DNA from: Candidatus Jordarchaeales archaeon
GTDB lineage: Archaea; Asgardarchaeota; Jordiarchaeia; Jordiarchaeales; Freyrarchaeaceae
NCBI GenBank assembly: GCA_038889235.1
Contig: JAWAHN010000001.1
Coordinates: 1,090,803-1,110,802 of the forward strand
DNA length: 20,000 bases
Direction: 5' to 3'
The position numbers and the translations under genes were made by a program. Below, piece after piece: positions 8,353 through 15,126 of the stretch (its first letter is position 1; every line of letters starts with the position of its first letter). The notes below the pieces were generated by a model that saw only the letters and a program-made list of their open reading frames with translations, was not told where the DNA came from and did not search any database.

Positions 8353-9459
8353 CAAGTTGGCGTCGGGGTTCATTAGAACCTCTGGAGGAGACTTGAAAAA
8401 CGCTAGGCTCGCCACGGCACCCACTATGCCCCTCCTGCCTGTAACCTCGTAAACGCTAACCCCCACCTTCCTGGCGACGTCTTCTGCCTCTTTCACAGCG
8501 ACCTCCTTCTGCCTCACTCTCCTAGCGAAGTATTTCAGCTCGTCGGGAACCGTGAGTCCTCTTAGGACAGCAATTGCCGTGTTGTCAGAGTACGTCTCCT
8601 TTTCCACTACGCTTACAATCCTGTTAATTAGGGTTCCAACGCTGTCTGGGGGCACGGCGACCTCTATAAAGCTCGCCGAGTTTCCCGCGGTCTTAAACCT
8701 CACTTTCGGGTTCAGTACGACGACCTTATGACTTATACCTTCAGCCAATCCCTCAACGCTTTTCAGCAGTGATAGCGCCAGAGCCCAGGTGGCCCCAGAT
8801 TCAGAGTTATCGGTGTCATCTATTCCTATGGTTAGATGTTCAAGGCAATCCGTGACTATGACCCCCCTAACGTATCCCTCCATGGGCTCCACTTTCAGTT
8901 CTCTAACACCTCTGGCATACATCATGGTCTTAGTTAGTGCGTGGGCTGGCCCTCCAACGGCCCTAACGGTCTGAAAAACTCTCCCCTCCCGCACTTCAAC
9001 TTTCTCTACGGCCATAGAAACCCCCGGAGTAACATTTCTCTGCTCTCCCAGAACTGCGAGCTCCCTCAGAAACGTGCCCTCGCACCTCGCCTCCAGTATA
9101 GCTCCACCGGCCTTAGAATGCTTGAAAGCACAAAATGCAACCGCCCCCTCACTGCTACACTCGTGGTATATCTCGACCAAGCTGTTGTTGAAGTCAACGC
9201 TGGTGAATATCCTCTTACACACCTGGTAAGGGAATATCTCCTTCTCGGCGTAAGCATACCTCGCTGGTTTACGTCCAACGCTCCTCTCTACAACTGTAAC
9301 TATTCCCTCGTCCACGAGCCGCCGTATCCAGTCCTGCACTGTGCTTCTAGGCAGCCCGGTCTCTTCAACCACATCCTGCACCGTGAAGCTACCCTTTCTC
9401 AGAGTTAAGTTCTTAACAAGTCTCAGGCAGAGCACCCGTTTCCTCAGGACCTTTGACAC
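8347..9459 (-). CDS. HTH-domain protein fused to a 'GIDDTD' domain (TiaS-like / resembles methanogenesis marker 11)
   Basis: N-terminal winged HTH (FTVQDVVEETGLPRSTVQDWIRRLVDEGIVTVVERS). C-terminal LTIGIDDTDNSESGATWALALSLL ... SDNTAIAVLRG ... GRRGIVGAVASLAF. Confidence 0.6.
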   Translation of the reverse strand: MSKVLRKRVLCLRLVKNLTLRKGSFTVQDVVEETGLPRSTVQDWIRRLVDEGIVTVVERSVGRKPARYAYAEKEIFPYQVCKRIFTSVDFNNSLVEIYHECSSEGAVAFCAFKHSKAGGAILEARCEGTFLRELAVLGEQRNVTPGVSMAVEKVEVREGRVFQTVRAVGGPAHALTKTMMYARGVRELKVEPMEGYVRGVIVTDCLEHLTIGIDDTDNSESGATWALALSLLKSVEGLAEGISHKVVVLNPKVRFKTAGNSASFIEVAVPPDSVGTLINRIVSVVEKETYSDNTAIAVLRGLTVPDELKYFARRVRQKEVAVKEAEDVARKVGVSVYEVTGRRGIVGAVASLAFFKSPPEVLMNPDANLL

Positions 9460-9480
9460 CCTGCACTCCCACCTGAGCTC

Positions 9481-10533
9481 CTATTTTGCTCCGACAAGTG
9501 AGAAGACACTCTTCCAGTCTATTTTCCTCTCTCTCTTACACTCCGAATTTAGCGGGCATGAGGGACACACGGTGAAGAAAATGTTTTCTTCGCCCTTCCT
9601 TCTAAGAGCGCAAATATACTTTTCCTTAACTAGCTGGTTAAGCCTGTCTTTAAGCACGTCAGGCCCCCACTTAACGTGGAAACTTATTTCTTCAAACGTC
9701 TGCGGCTTCTTAATGATATACAAATACTCAAGAAGTATGGCGTTCTCTTCACCATAAAACTTTTTGAGCACGTCGAAGACAGTGTAAAACTTCTCTTCTG
9801 GAGCTTCTTCGGCTTTGATGGCTTTTTCCTCCATCTCCCTCTTCATTCGTTCGAGCATCGCCTGAACTTGGGCCGAAACTTCGCTCACCCGTTCTAAGGC
9901 TTTCTTCACGCTTTCCATTTCCCTCTTCTTTTCCTCTCTCTCCTTCAGAACAGCACTCGCTTTTTCCTCAATTTCTACTTCCTCCCTGAAAAGTTGCTCC
10001 AACTCGTCCAAGGCTTTCTCGTCACTTCTTACCTTTTCAGCAACCCTAACCTCCTCATCATACCTAGCTTCGAGCAAGCCCCTCAATTTCCTTAATTGGT
10101 CGTTTTTCGCAGTCAACTCCTCCTCTAGGTCTGAAACGCGTCTCCTAAGCTCCTGAGTCGCCTTACCCAGCACGCCACTATAGTACCTTGCCAGGGTCGT
10201 TTGTGCATCTCCCTCCCCCACCTGTAAGGCTACAACCCCTTCCTCGACGATCAAGTCTCTGAACACTTTTTCTTCAACCTCGCTTTCGACAACAATGCCG
10301 AAAACAAGCACGTTTTCACCTTTACCAACCGATCCAAAAAGAACACGCTCTCCGCCAATGTCAACACCCTCAACCCTTCCCATCCTAAAGTTGTAGCCCG
10401 AGAAGAATGCCGCAAGCTCCTCCTCTGAGAGCTTAGAATCGTGAAGGATAGCCTCCTCCAGAGAAAAGGTACCAGCGGAGTACCGCATTGAGAACACACC
10501 CAAGGGCACGTCTCCGCCCCTCCTACAAGTCAA
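9481..10533 (-). CDS. conserved-looking hypothetical protein with central coiled coil and C-terminal HTH/Cys motif
   Basis: 350-aa ORF. Long charged heptad region (ELRRRVSDLEEELTAKNDQLRKLR...). C-terminal FEEISFHVKWGPDVLKDRLNQLVKEKYI and CPSCPLNSEC. An internal ATG (MRYSAG...) may be the real start. Confidence 0.55.
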   Translation of the reverse strand: MTCRRGGDVPLGVFSMRYSAGTFSLEEAILHDSKLSEEELAAFFSGYNFRMGRVEGVDIGGERVLFGSVGKGENVLVFGIVVESEVEEKVFRDLIVEEGVVALQVGEGDAQTTLARYYSGVLGKATQELRRRVSDLEEELTAKNDQLRKLRGLLEARYDEEVRVAEKVRSDEKALDELEQLFREEVEIEEKASAVLKEREEKKREMESVKKALERVSEVSAQVQAMLERMKREMEEKAIKAEEAPEEKFYTVFDVLKKFYGEENAILLEYLYIIKKPQTFEEISFHVKWGPDVLKDRLNQLVKEKYICALRRKGEENIFFTVCPSCPLNSECKRERKIDWKSVFSLVGAK

Positions 10534-10609
10534 ATTATGAAACCTGTGTCGGAAAAGCTTTTCTTTAAAACTCAGCCCCGTTTCATCCTACAATACTTGA
10601 AGGTGTTGG

Positions 10610-11557
10610 CTAGTAGCGTAGCCCCTCGAGCAGGTACACGAATATCGATGCAGCTGTCAAATCCGCGGTGGCTCCTGGGTTTAGCCTGCCACCGCTGCTA
10701 TGCAACTCTTCATCAAGCATCCAACACAGCCTTCTCCCTTCAGGCGTGGATATTCCTCCCGCTTCCAGCACCTCCTTCGCCCTAACGCTAACATACTCTG
10801 CAGCTTTCGCCCCTGCCTTTCTGATTATAAGGGTATCAGGTTTCTCTGAAAGTATCCTCAGAAAAGTGTTCACTGTGGCGATGTTCACATCTCTTTCCTC
10901 CTCGAGGTATTTCTTGAAGCTTGGATATCCCAAGTCGAACACCGTACTCATGCCATTAACCCACTCAGCACTTATGGCGTCCCACCCCGCGCTTATGGCG
11001 AAAATGTCCTTCAGTGAGACTCCTTCTGAAACAATCTTCTCCCTAAAAGCTGGGTCGTTAACGTCGAACTTCTCCACCTCACCCAGCCCACCAGGCTTTA
11101 CTATACGTATTGCTTCGTAAACGTTCACCGCATCCTCCACGGTTGACCCATCGATAACCTTCACGACATTTTTTCTAAGGAGCGTTGAGGAAACCCCACC
11201 TGACAAAGCGAAGCACATTCCTGCAGCGGCAGAGAGGGGAGCGAATAAGAGTATTTCACCCAGGTTAGTGTTACCCCCCTTATGCCATCTAGAAGCGCAC
11301 TTAACCGCTTCGAGTACATAGTAACCCAAACTTATCTCCTTGACATCTATCTCTCCCCTTCCCGCCTTTCTCCCTCTCTCGGCAAGTCTCCCCATTGAAG
11401 GCCCTACCGCTACAGCGCCTGCTAAGAAGTGCTCGAACCGTGTATCGTGCGCGTCACGCAAGCGATGCACGTTACCAGGCTTCGGGTAGCCGCTCACTTC
11501 AAGTAGCATTGCCAGCGTCGCACATTTGGCAACGTATTCCTCAATGCTTTCCTCCAT
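10610..11557 (-). CDS. CitG-like / triphosphoribosyl-dephospho-CoA synthase family protein
   Basis: LLEVSGYPKPGNVHRLRDAHDTRFEHFL, GNTNLGEILLFAPLSAA, PDTLIIRKAGAKAAEYVS, LNPGATADLTAASIFVYLL are characteristic of the CitG/MdcB-like fold family. Confidence 0.8.
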   Translation of the reverse strand: MEESIEEYVAKCATLAMLLEVSGYPKPGNVHRLRDAHDTRFEHFLAGAVAVGPSMGRLAERGRKAGRGEIDVKEISLGYYVLEAVKCASRWHKGGNTNLGEILLFAPLSAAAGMCFALSGGVSSTLLRKNVVKVIDGSTVEDAVNVYEAIRIVKPGGLGEVEKFDVNDPAFREKIVSEGVSLKDIFAISAGWDAISAEWVNGMSTVFDLGYPSFKKYLEEERDVNIATVNTFLRILSEKPDTLIIRKAGAKAAEYVSVRAKEVLEAGGISTPEGRRLCWMLDEELHSSGGRLNPGATADLTAASIFVYLLEGLRY

Positions 11558-11973
11558 AGCTCCACCAGGAACTAAACTGGAATCGAGTGAAAATAAAATC
11601 TTTCGCGCCTATTACCAACAACGTGTTACGCGAAAACGAGGCGCCCAACTACCCGGGTCCACGTTGGTCGTCTGGGTCGAAATGTCACACTACTTGCCAG
11701 CTTCCATGAGAGAGTAATGAAAATGGCTGTTTTAGCTTACGAGTAATGTTATAGTGGAACAATGAGGCGTTGTCTCTAATAGGTTGAGTGACATGTGAAG
11801 TGTAATCGCCGCCTCTTAATGCAGACATTTTCGATTTATGTTAGCATGTGTTTTTTATTCGAAATGTATGGCGGATATGGTTACTCTCGTTTTTTATGTA
11901 AAAAGTTCTTATTTTATTTAATTTTCATTTATACATAACTTGCGTAGAAACGCGTCTGCAGGGTGGTTGGAGT

Positions 11974-12222
11974 ATGGCTCTACTAACTCTTGAAGAAAAA
12001 GGTGGGGTGCACGGTCTCCCCCCCTCAGCCGTAGAGGTGTTGAGCATTTTGAGGAGAGAGGGCCCACTGACTCCCAAAGACCTTTTTGGCAAGACGAGCC
12101 TTGCCCCAAGGACTGTGAGGTACGCTTTAAAGGTTTTACTCGACTCCAAGCTCGTTAAAAAGGTTCCAAACCTACACGACCTCCGCCAAAATCTCTACGT
12201 CGCGCTGGACCGACACCCCTAA
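11974..12222 (+). CDS. small winged-helix DNA-binding protein
   Basis: 82-aa ORF: SAVEVLSILRREGPLTPKDLFGKTSLAPRTVRYALKVLLDSKLVKKVPN. Confidence 0.6.
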   Translation: MALLTLEEKGGVHGLPPSAVEVLSILRREGPLTPKDLFGKTSLAPRTVRYALKVLLDSKLVKKVPNLHDLRQNLYVALDRHP

Positions 12223-12297
12223 AATGCGAGCTCCAAGTTGTAGCCCGCAGAACACCTCCAGAACACTTCAGTATAACTCACCTGTATAAAGGGGAGG

Positions 12298-12309
12298 GGC
12301 TTAAAAATG
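12298..12309 (+). promoter_or_regulatory. putative archaeal promoter for the kinase-like gene
   Basis: GGCTTAAAAATG, TATA-like element about 30-40 nt upstream of the TTG start at 12341. Confidence 0.35.
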
Positions 12310-12340
12310 GCTGTGAAACAGTACCTCAGAGGGACAGAGG

Positions 12341-12937
12341 TTGAAGTTCGTGGCGTCACTGGAAGGCGTTCACGGTTGTGGAAAGACCACGGTTTTCAGA
12401 CGCTTGCAGGAAATGAAGGCTGAATGGTTTTTCCTTCCAGAATTCATAGACCCACCTAGGTACCCCTTTGGCTCAAAGGACAAACAAATTGCGTTCAGAG
12501 CAGAGTTGTGGGTCCTTCAACAAATGTTGAAAAGGAGGACACTACTGGAACAAATTAACAGCGGAGTGGTTGTTTGCGACAGGAGCCCCATCTGTGTTGT
12601 GGCCTACGCGTACGCCCTCTGCTCCGACGAAGACTACCAGCTTATAAAGGACATCTACAGATCCGTGAACTGGGGGGAAGACGTAATATTCTACTTCGAG
12701 GAGACTGTTGAAAGCGTGCTTCCGAAAATAAGGATGAGAAAAGATAGGCCAAAAGAGTGGAACGAAGACGACACAGAATACATCGCAAAAATAATCGAGG
12801 GCTACGAAGAAGCCCTTAAACTGGCCAGCTGCCCCGTGCTGCGCATAAAGAACAGTGACGTGGAGAAAATCTCCTCCAAAATAGCAGTGGAAATCGAGAA
12901 AGCCTGCAGCTTCCTAAACACTTACAATTACCTCTAA
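12341..12937 (+). CDS. P-loop deoxynucleoside/thymidylate kinase-like protein
   Basis: Walker A ASLEGVHGCGKTTVFRRL; VVVCDRSPICVVAYAYAL; YFEETVESVLPKIRMRKDRPKEWNEDD lid-like segment. TTG start. Confidence 0.6.
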   Translation: MKFVASLEGVHGCGKTTVFRRLQEMKAEWFFLPEFIDPPRYPFGSKDKQIAFRAELWVLQQMLKRRTLLEQINSGVVVCDRSPICVVAYAYALCSDEDYQLIKDIYRSVNWGEDVIFYFEETVESVLPKIRMRKDRPKEWNEDDTEYIAKIIEGYEEALKLASCPVLRIKNSDVEKISSKIAVEIEKACSFLNTYNYL

Positions 12938-12995
12938 AAATCCCCCCTGAAGGAGATCATACCTTTCATTTTTATAAATAATTATTGTTGTCCCA

Positions 12996-13412
12996 CTAAC
13001 TTGCGGGTTTAAATGTTAAAATGGTTTTTCCGTTTTTCTCTAAGAATTCTGCTTCGACGTCCATACCTATCTGTATTTTTTCTGGTTTCTTTAAGTCGAA
13101 ACCTACTAGGCGTGCTGTTATCCTAGCCCCCTTCTCCAGTTCAACCACCCCGAAGGCGTACGGTTTTTCTCTTCCGTGTCCCTCAGCGATGAGCGGGGTT
13201 GGAGGAACGTGGACGATGGAGAACGTTACCAGTTTTCCTTTTCCCTTGAGCTCAATCCATTCTAAATCTGAGCTGCGGCAGTTCTTGCAGATGGGTCGCG
13301 GCGGTAAATTAATCACGCCACACTTTTTGCACTTTGCAGCCATGATCTTCCTTTTGTTTAGGAATTCCCTAAACTTGCTTACAGTAAACTCCATTGTGCT
13401 CAAAGCGCTCAC
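12996..13412 (-). CDS. DUF35 / zinc-ribbon plus OB-fold acyl-CoA-associated protein
   Basis: CKKCGVINLPPRPICKNCRSSDLEWIELKGKGKLVTFSIVHVPPTPL...PYAFGVVELEKGARITARLVG. Immediately downstream of the thiolase. Confidence 0.88.
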   Translation of the reverse strand: MSALSTMEFTVSKFREFLNKRKIMAAKCKKCGVINLPPRPICKNCRSSDLEWIELKGKGKLVTFSIVHVPPTPLIAEGHGREKPYAFGVVELEKGARITARLVGFDLKKPEKIQIGMDVEAEFLEKNGKTILTFKPAS

Positions 13413-14683
13413 CTCCTAAAAATGTGCACAGTGCAGCTTGCACCTGAACCGCCGACGTTGTGGGTTAACCCGACCTCAACGCCGGGAACCTGTCTTGCAC
13501 CCGCTTCTCCCCTAAGCTGATGCCATATCTCAACTACTTGCGCCACTCCGGTAGCTCCAACGGGGTGTCCCTTCGCCTTCAATCCCCCTGATGTATTAAT
13601 CGGTTTCTCTCCATTTCTCCTAGTTAGCCCTTCCTCAACTGCTTTTCCTCCTTCTCCTGGTTTGAAGAAACCTAAATCTTCTGTTGCAACTATCTCAGCT
13701 ATTGTAAAGCAGTCGTGTACCTCGGCTATCTCTATGTCCTTCGGCCTTAATCCTGCCATTTTGTAAGCTTTTTCGGCTGCAACCCTAGCCGCTCTTAGCG
13801 AAGTGATTTCTTCTCTATCGTGAAGGGCGAGCGAGTCGCTTCCTTGCCCAGTCCCGACCACGTGTATTGGTGTATCTGTAAACTTTCTTGCCACCTCCTC
13901 CGCTGCTAGTATTACGACTGCGGCTCCGTCGGTGATGGGACTGCAGTCGAAGAGTCTGAGGGGCCATGCTATAACTGGGTTTGCATCTGGATCACTTAGA
14001 AAGTCCATTTCATCCTTCCAGCTTGGAGCAGGGAGCCCCTTAGCTTTTGCCCGCTCAGCTCTAGCTTTCATTATGTCCCTTATTGTTGACTGGAATTGCG
14101 CCTTAGGATTCAGGGCCCCATTCTCGTGGTTTTTGATTCCAACCATTCTCAGTTGCTCAATTGTCGTTCCATATTTCCTCATGTGCGCGTTCGCTATTTC
14201 AGCATACAAACCTGGAAAAGTGGCTCCTGCGGAAAACTCATACACTGAATCAGCGGCTGAGGCTAACACGTCTGTTACCCTCGATGTTTCGAGGTTGGTC
14301 ATCTTTTCAACTCCCGCAACGCAGACTACGTCGTGCGCCCCGGAAGCCACTGCCAGTATTCCGAGCCTCAGGGCGGCACCACCGCTAGCGCAAGCATTCT
14401 CTACTCTCATAGCCGGGCCGGGAGTAATGCCGACTAGGTCAGCCATTAGGGGGCCGGTGTGCACCTGCCCTTCAAATATGTCGTTTGAAAAATTCCCCAG
14501 GAATAGCGCCTCTATCTCGCGTGTTTCTATCCCCTTATCCACGCTCTTGACCGCCTCGACGAAAGCCTCCACGAAAAGCTCCCTAGTTGTCTTGTCGGGA
14601 AAAGCTCCGAACTTACTCATTCCGGCACCAATTACTGCCACACCTCGCGCCAACTTCCCCAATGGGGGAACACCTCCCCGCAA
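13409..14683 (-). CDS. thiolase / acetyl-CoA C-acetyltransferase family
   Basis: VAVIGAGMSKFGAF, RVENACASGGAALRLG, EVHDCFTIAEI, KPINTSGGLKAKGHPVGATGVAQVVEIWHQL, GLTHNVGGSGASCTVHIF. Confidence 0.9.
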   Translation of the reverse strand: MRGGVPPLGKLARGVAVIGAGMSKFGAFPDKTTRELFVEAFVEAVKSVDKGIETREIEALFLGNFSNDIFEGQVHTGPLMADLVGITPGPAMRVENACASGGAALRLGILAVASGAHDVVCVAGVEKMTNLETSRVTDVLASAADSVYEFSAGATFPGLYAEIANAHMRKYGTTIEQLRMVGIKNHENGALNPKAQFQSTIRDIMKARAERAKAKGLPAPSWKDEMDFLSDPDANPVIAWPLRLFDCSPITDGAAVVILAAEEVARKFTDTPIHVVGTGQGSDSLALHDREEITSLRAARVAAEKAYKMAGLRPKDIEIAEVHDCFTIAEIVATEDLGFFKPGEGGKAVEEGLTRRNGEKPINTSGGLKAKGHPVGATGVAQVVEIWHQLRGEAGARQVPGVEVGLTHNVGGSGASCTVHIFRR

Positions 14684-14846
14684 ACGCCTACCATGGCTTT
14701 TTTTATTAACGACGCTTGCTCAAGTTACCGTTTATCTTTACAGCAGCCGAATACGAGCCGTTTGAACACTCAACCCCCTTCTATATAAATTTTCTAGCCA
14801 GCAATAGTTTGCTTGAACCTCAAGGGGGTAACAGTCAAAAGGGAAA

Positions 14847-14857
14847 AGCTTTATATT
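14847..14857 (+). promoter_or_regulatory. putative BRE/TATA box for the permuted 5S rRNA gene
   Basis: GGGAAAAGCTTTATATTC (14841-14858). TATA-like TTTATAT lies roughly 25-30 nt upstream of the start of the processing stem at 14880. Confidence 0.55.
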
Positions 14858-14879
14858 CGCTTTTTTGGTTGATAATTCC

Positions 14880-15039
14880 TGCTGGGCGCCACGGCGTGAA
14901 AGTCAAGCCCGCATGCGATTCGGCGAGTACTGCTGTGCGGGAGCCAGCGGGAAAGCCGAATGCTGGCGCTACGGCGCCGGCCATAGCATGCGGGGATATA
15001 CCCGTTCCCATTCCGAACACGGATCCGTGGCGTCCAGCA
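14880..15039 (+). ncRNA. precursor of circularly permuted 5S rRNA, enclosed by a 15-bp terminal processing helix
   Basis: 14880-14894 TGCTGGGCGCCACGG pairs with 15025-15039 CCGTGGCGTCCAGCA (15 consecutive pairs, one G-U). Inside it, 14895-14898 CGTG pairs with 15018-15021 CACG. Bulges are AAA (14899-14901) and GAT (15022-15024), a bulge-helix-bulge-like geometry. Confidence 0.8.
14901..15023 (+). rRNA. 5S rRNA, circularly permuted gene (3' half encoded upstream of 5' half); predicted 123-nt circular mature form
   Basis: 3' half first: AGTCAAGCCCGCATGC-GATTCGGCGAGTACTG...GGGAAAGCCGAAT-GCTGGCGC. Then TACG, then 5' half: GCGCCGGC-CATA-GCATGCGGG-GATATACCCGTTCCCATTCCGAACACGGA. Helix I 14962-14969/14974-14981 (8 bp), helix II 14986-14994/14908-14916 (9 bp), helix III CCGT 15002-15005/ACGG 15019-15022, helix V 14918-14924/14955-14961 (7 bp), helix IV GCTG 14932-14935/CAGC 14945-14948 plus GC/GC with a GGGA loop. 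Joining 15023 to 14901 gives the canonical CGGAAGUCAAG. Confidence 0.88.
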
Positions 15040-15042
15040 TGT

Positions 15043-15060
15043 GCTTTTCTTCTTGTTTTC
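15043..15060 (+). terminator. T-rich putative terminator downstream of 5S rRNA
   Basis: GCTTTTCTTCTTGTTTTC directly after the processing stem; pyrimidine/T-rich tracts are typical of archaeal termination. Confidence 0.5.
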
Positions 15061-15126
15061 CAAGGTAACTTTAATACAGGGTACCTATCCTTCTTTTTCT
15101 GTGAAGTGTTCGTTGGGGTTGTATAT

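Noticed and set aside
8789-9757. Plus-strand ORFs 8789..8974, 8941..9408, 9066..9278, 9341..9757
   Set aside because: They are antisense to the HTH-GIDDTD and coiled-coil genes and their composition looks like reverse-strand shadow ORFs.
11661-11692. Possible tRNA T-arm (GGGTCGAAAT)
   Set aside because: No matching acceptor stem, D-arm or anticodon arm could be found around it on either strand.
13021-14765. Plus-strand ORFs 13021..13419 and 13932..14765 opposite DUF35/thiolase
   Set aside because: Shadow ORFs of highly conserved minus-strand genes.
14986-15022. Interpretation of the 5S-like sequence as a truncated 5S pseudogene
   Set aside because: The 'missing' 3' half is present immediately upstream with all helices intact. 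An enclosing helix, promoter-like element and T-tract are also present, so decay or truncation is a poorer explanation than circular permutation.
14880-15039. Alternative reading as a riboswitch or an SRP/RNase P RNA fragment
   Set aside because: The diagnostic motifs (CCAUAGC, CCCAUUCCGAACACGG, AGUCAAGCC, GAGUACUG, GGGAAAG) are specific 5S blocks. The length of 123 nt fits 5S and not SRP or RNase P RNA.
14716-15126. N-terminal 137 codons of the 14716..16008 ORF, and ORFs 14865..15068 (+), 14851..15063 (-), 14835..15020 (-)
   Set aside because: They read through the 5S rRNA segment and its processing stem. Their frames are explained by GC-rich structured RNA, and the protein gene most likely starts at ATG 15127.
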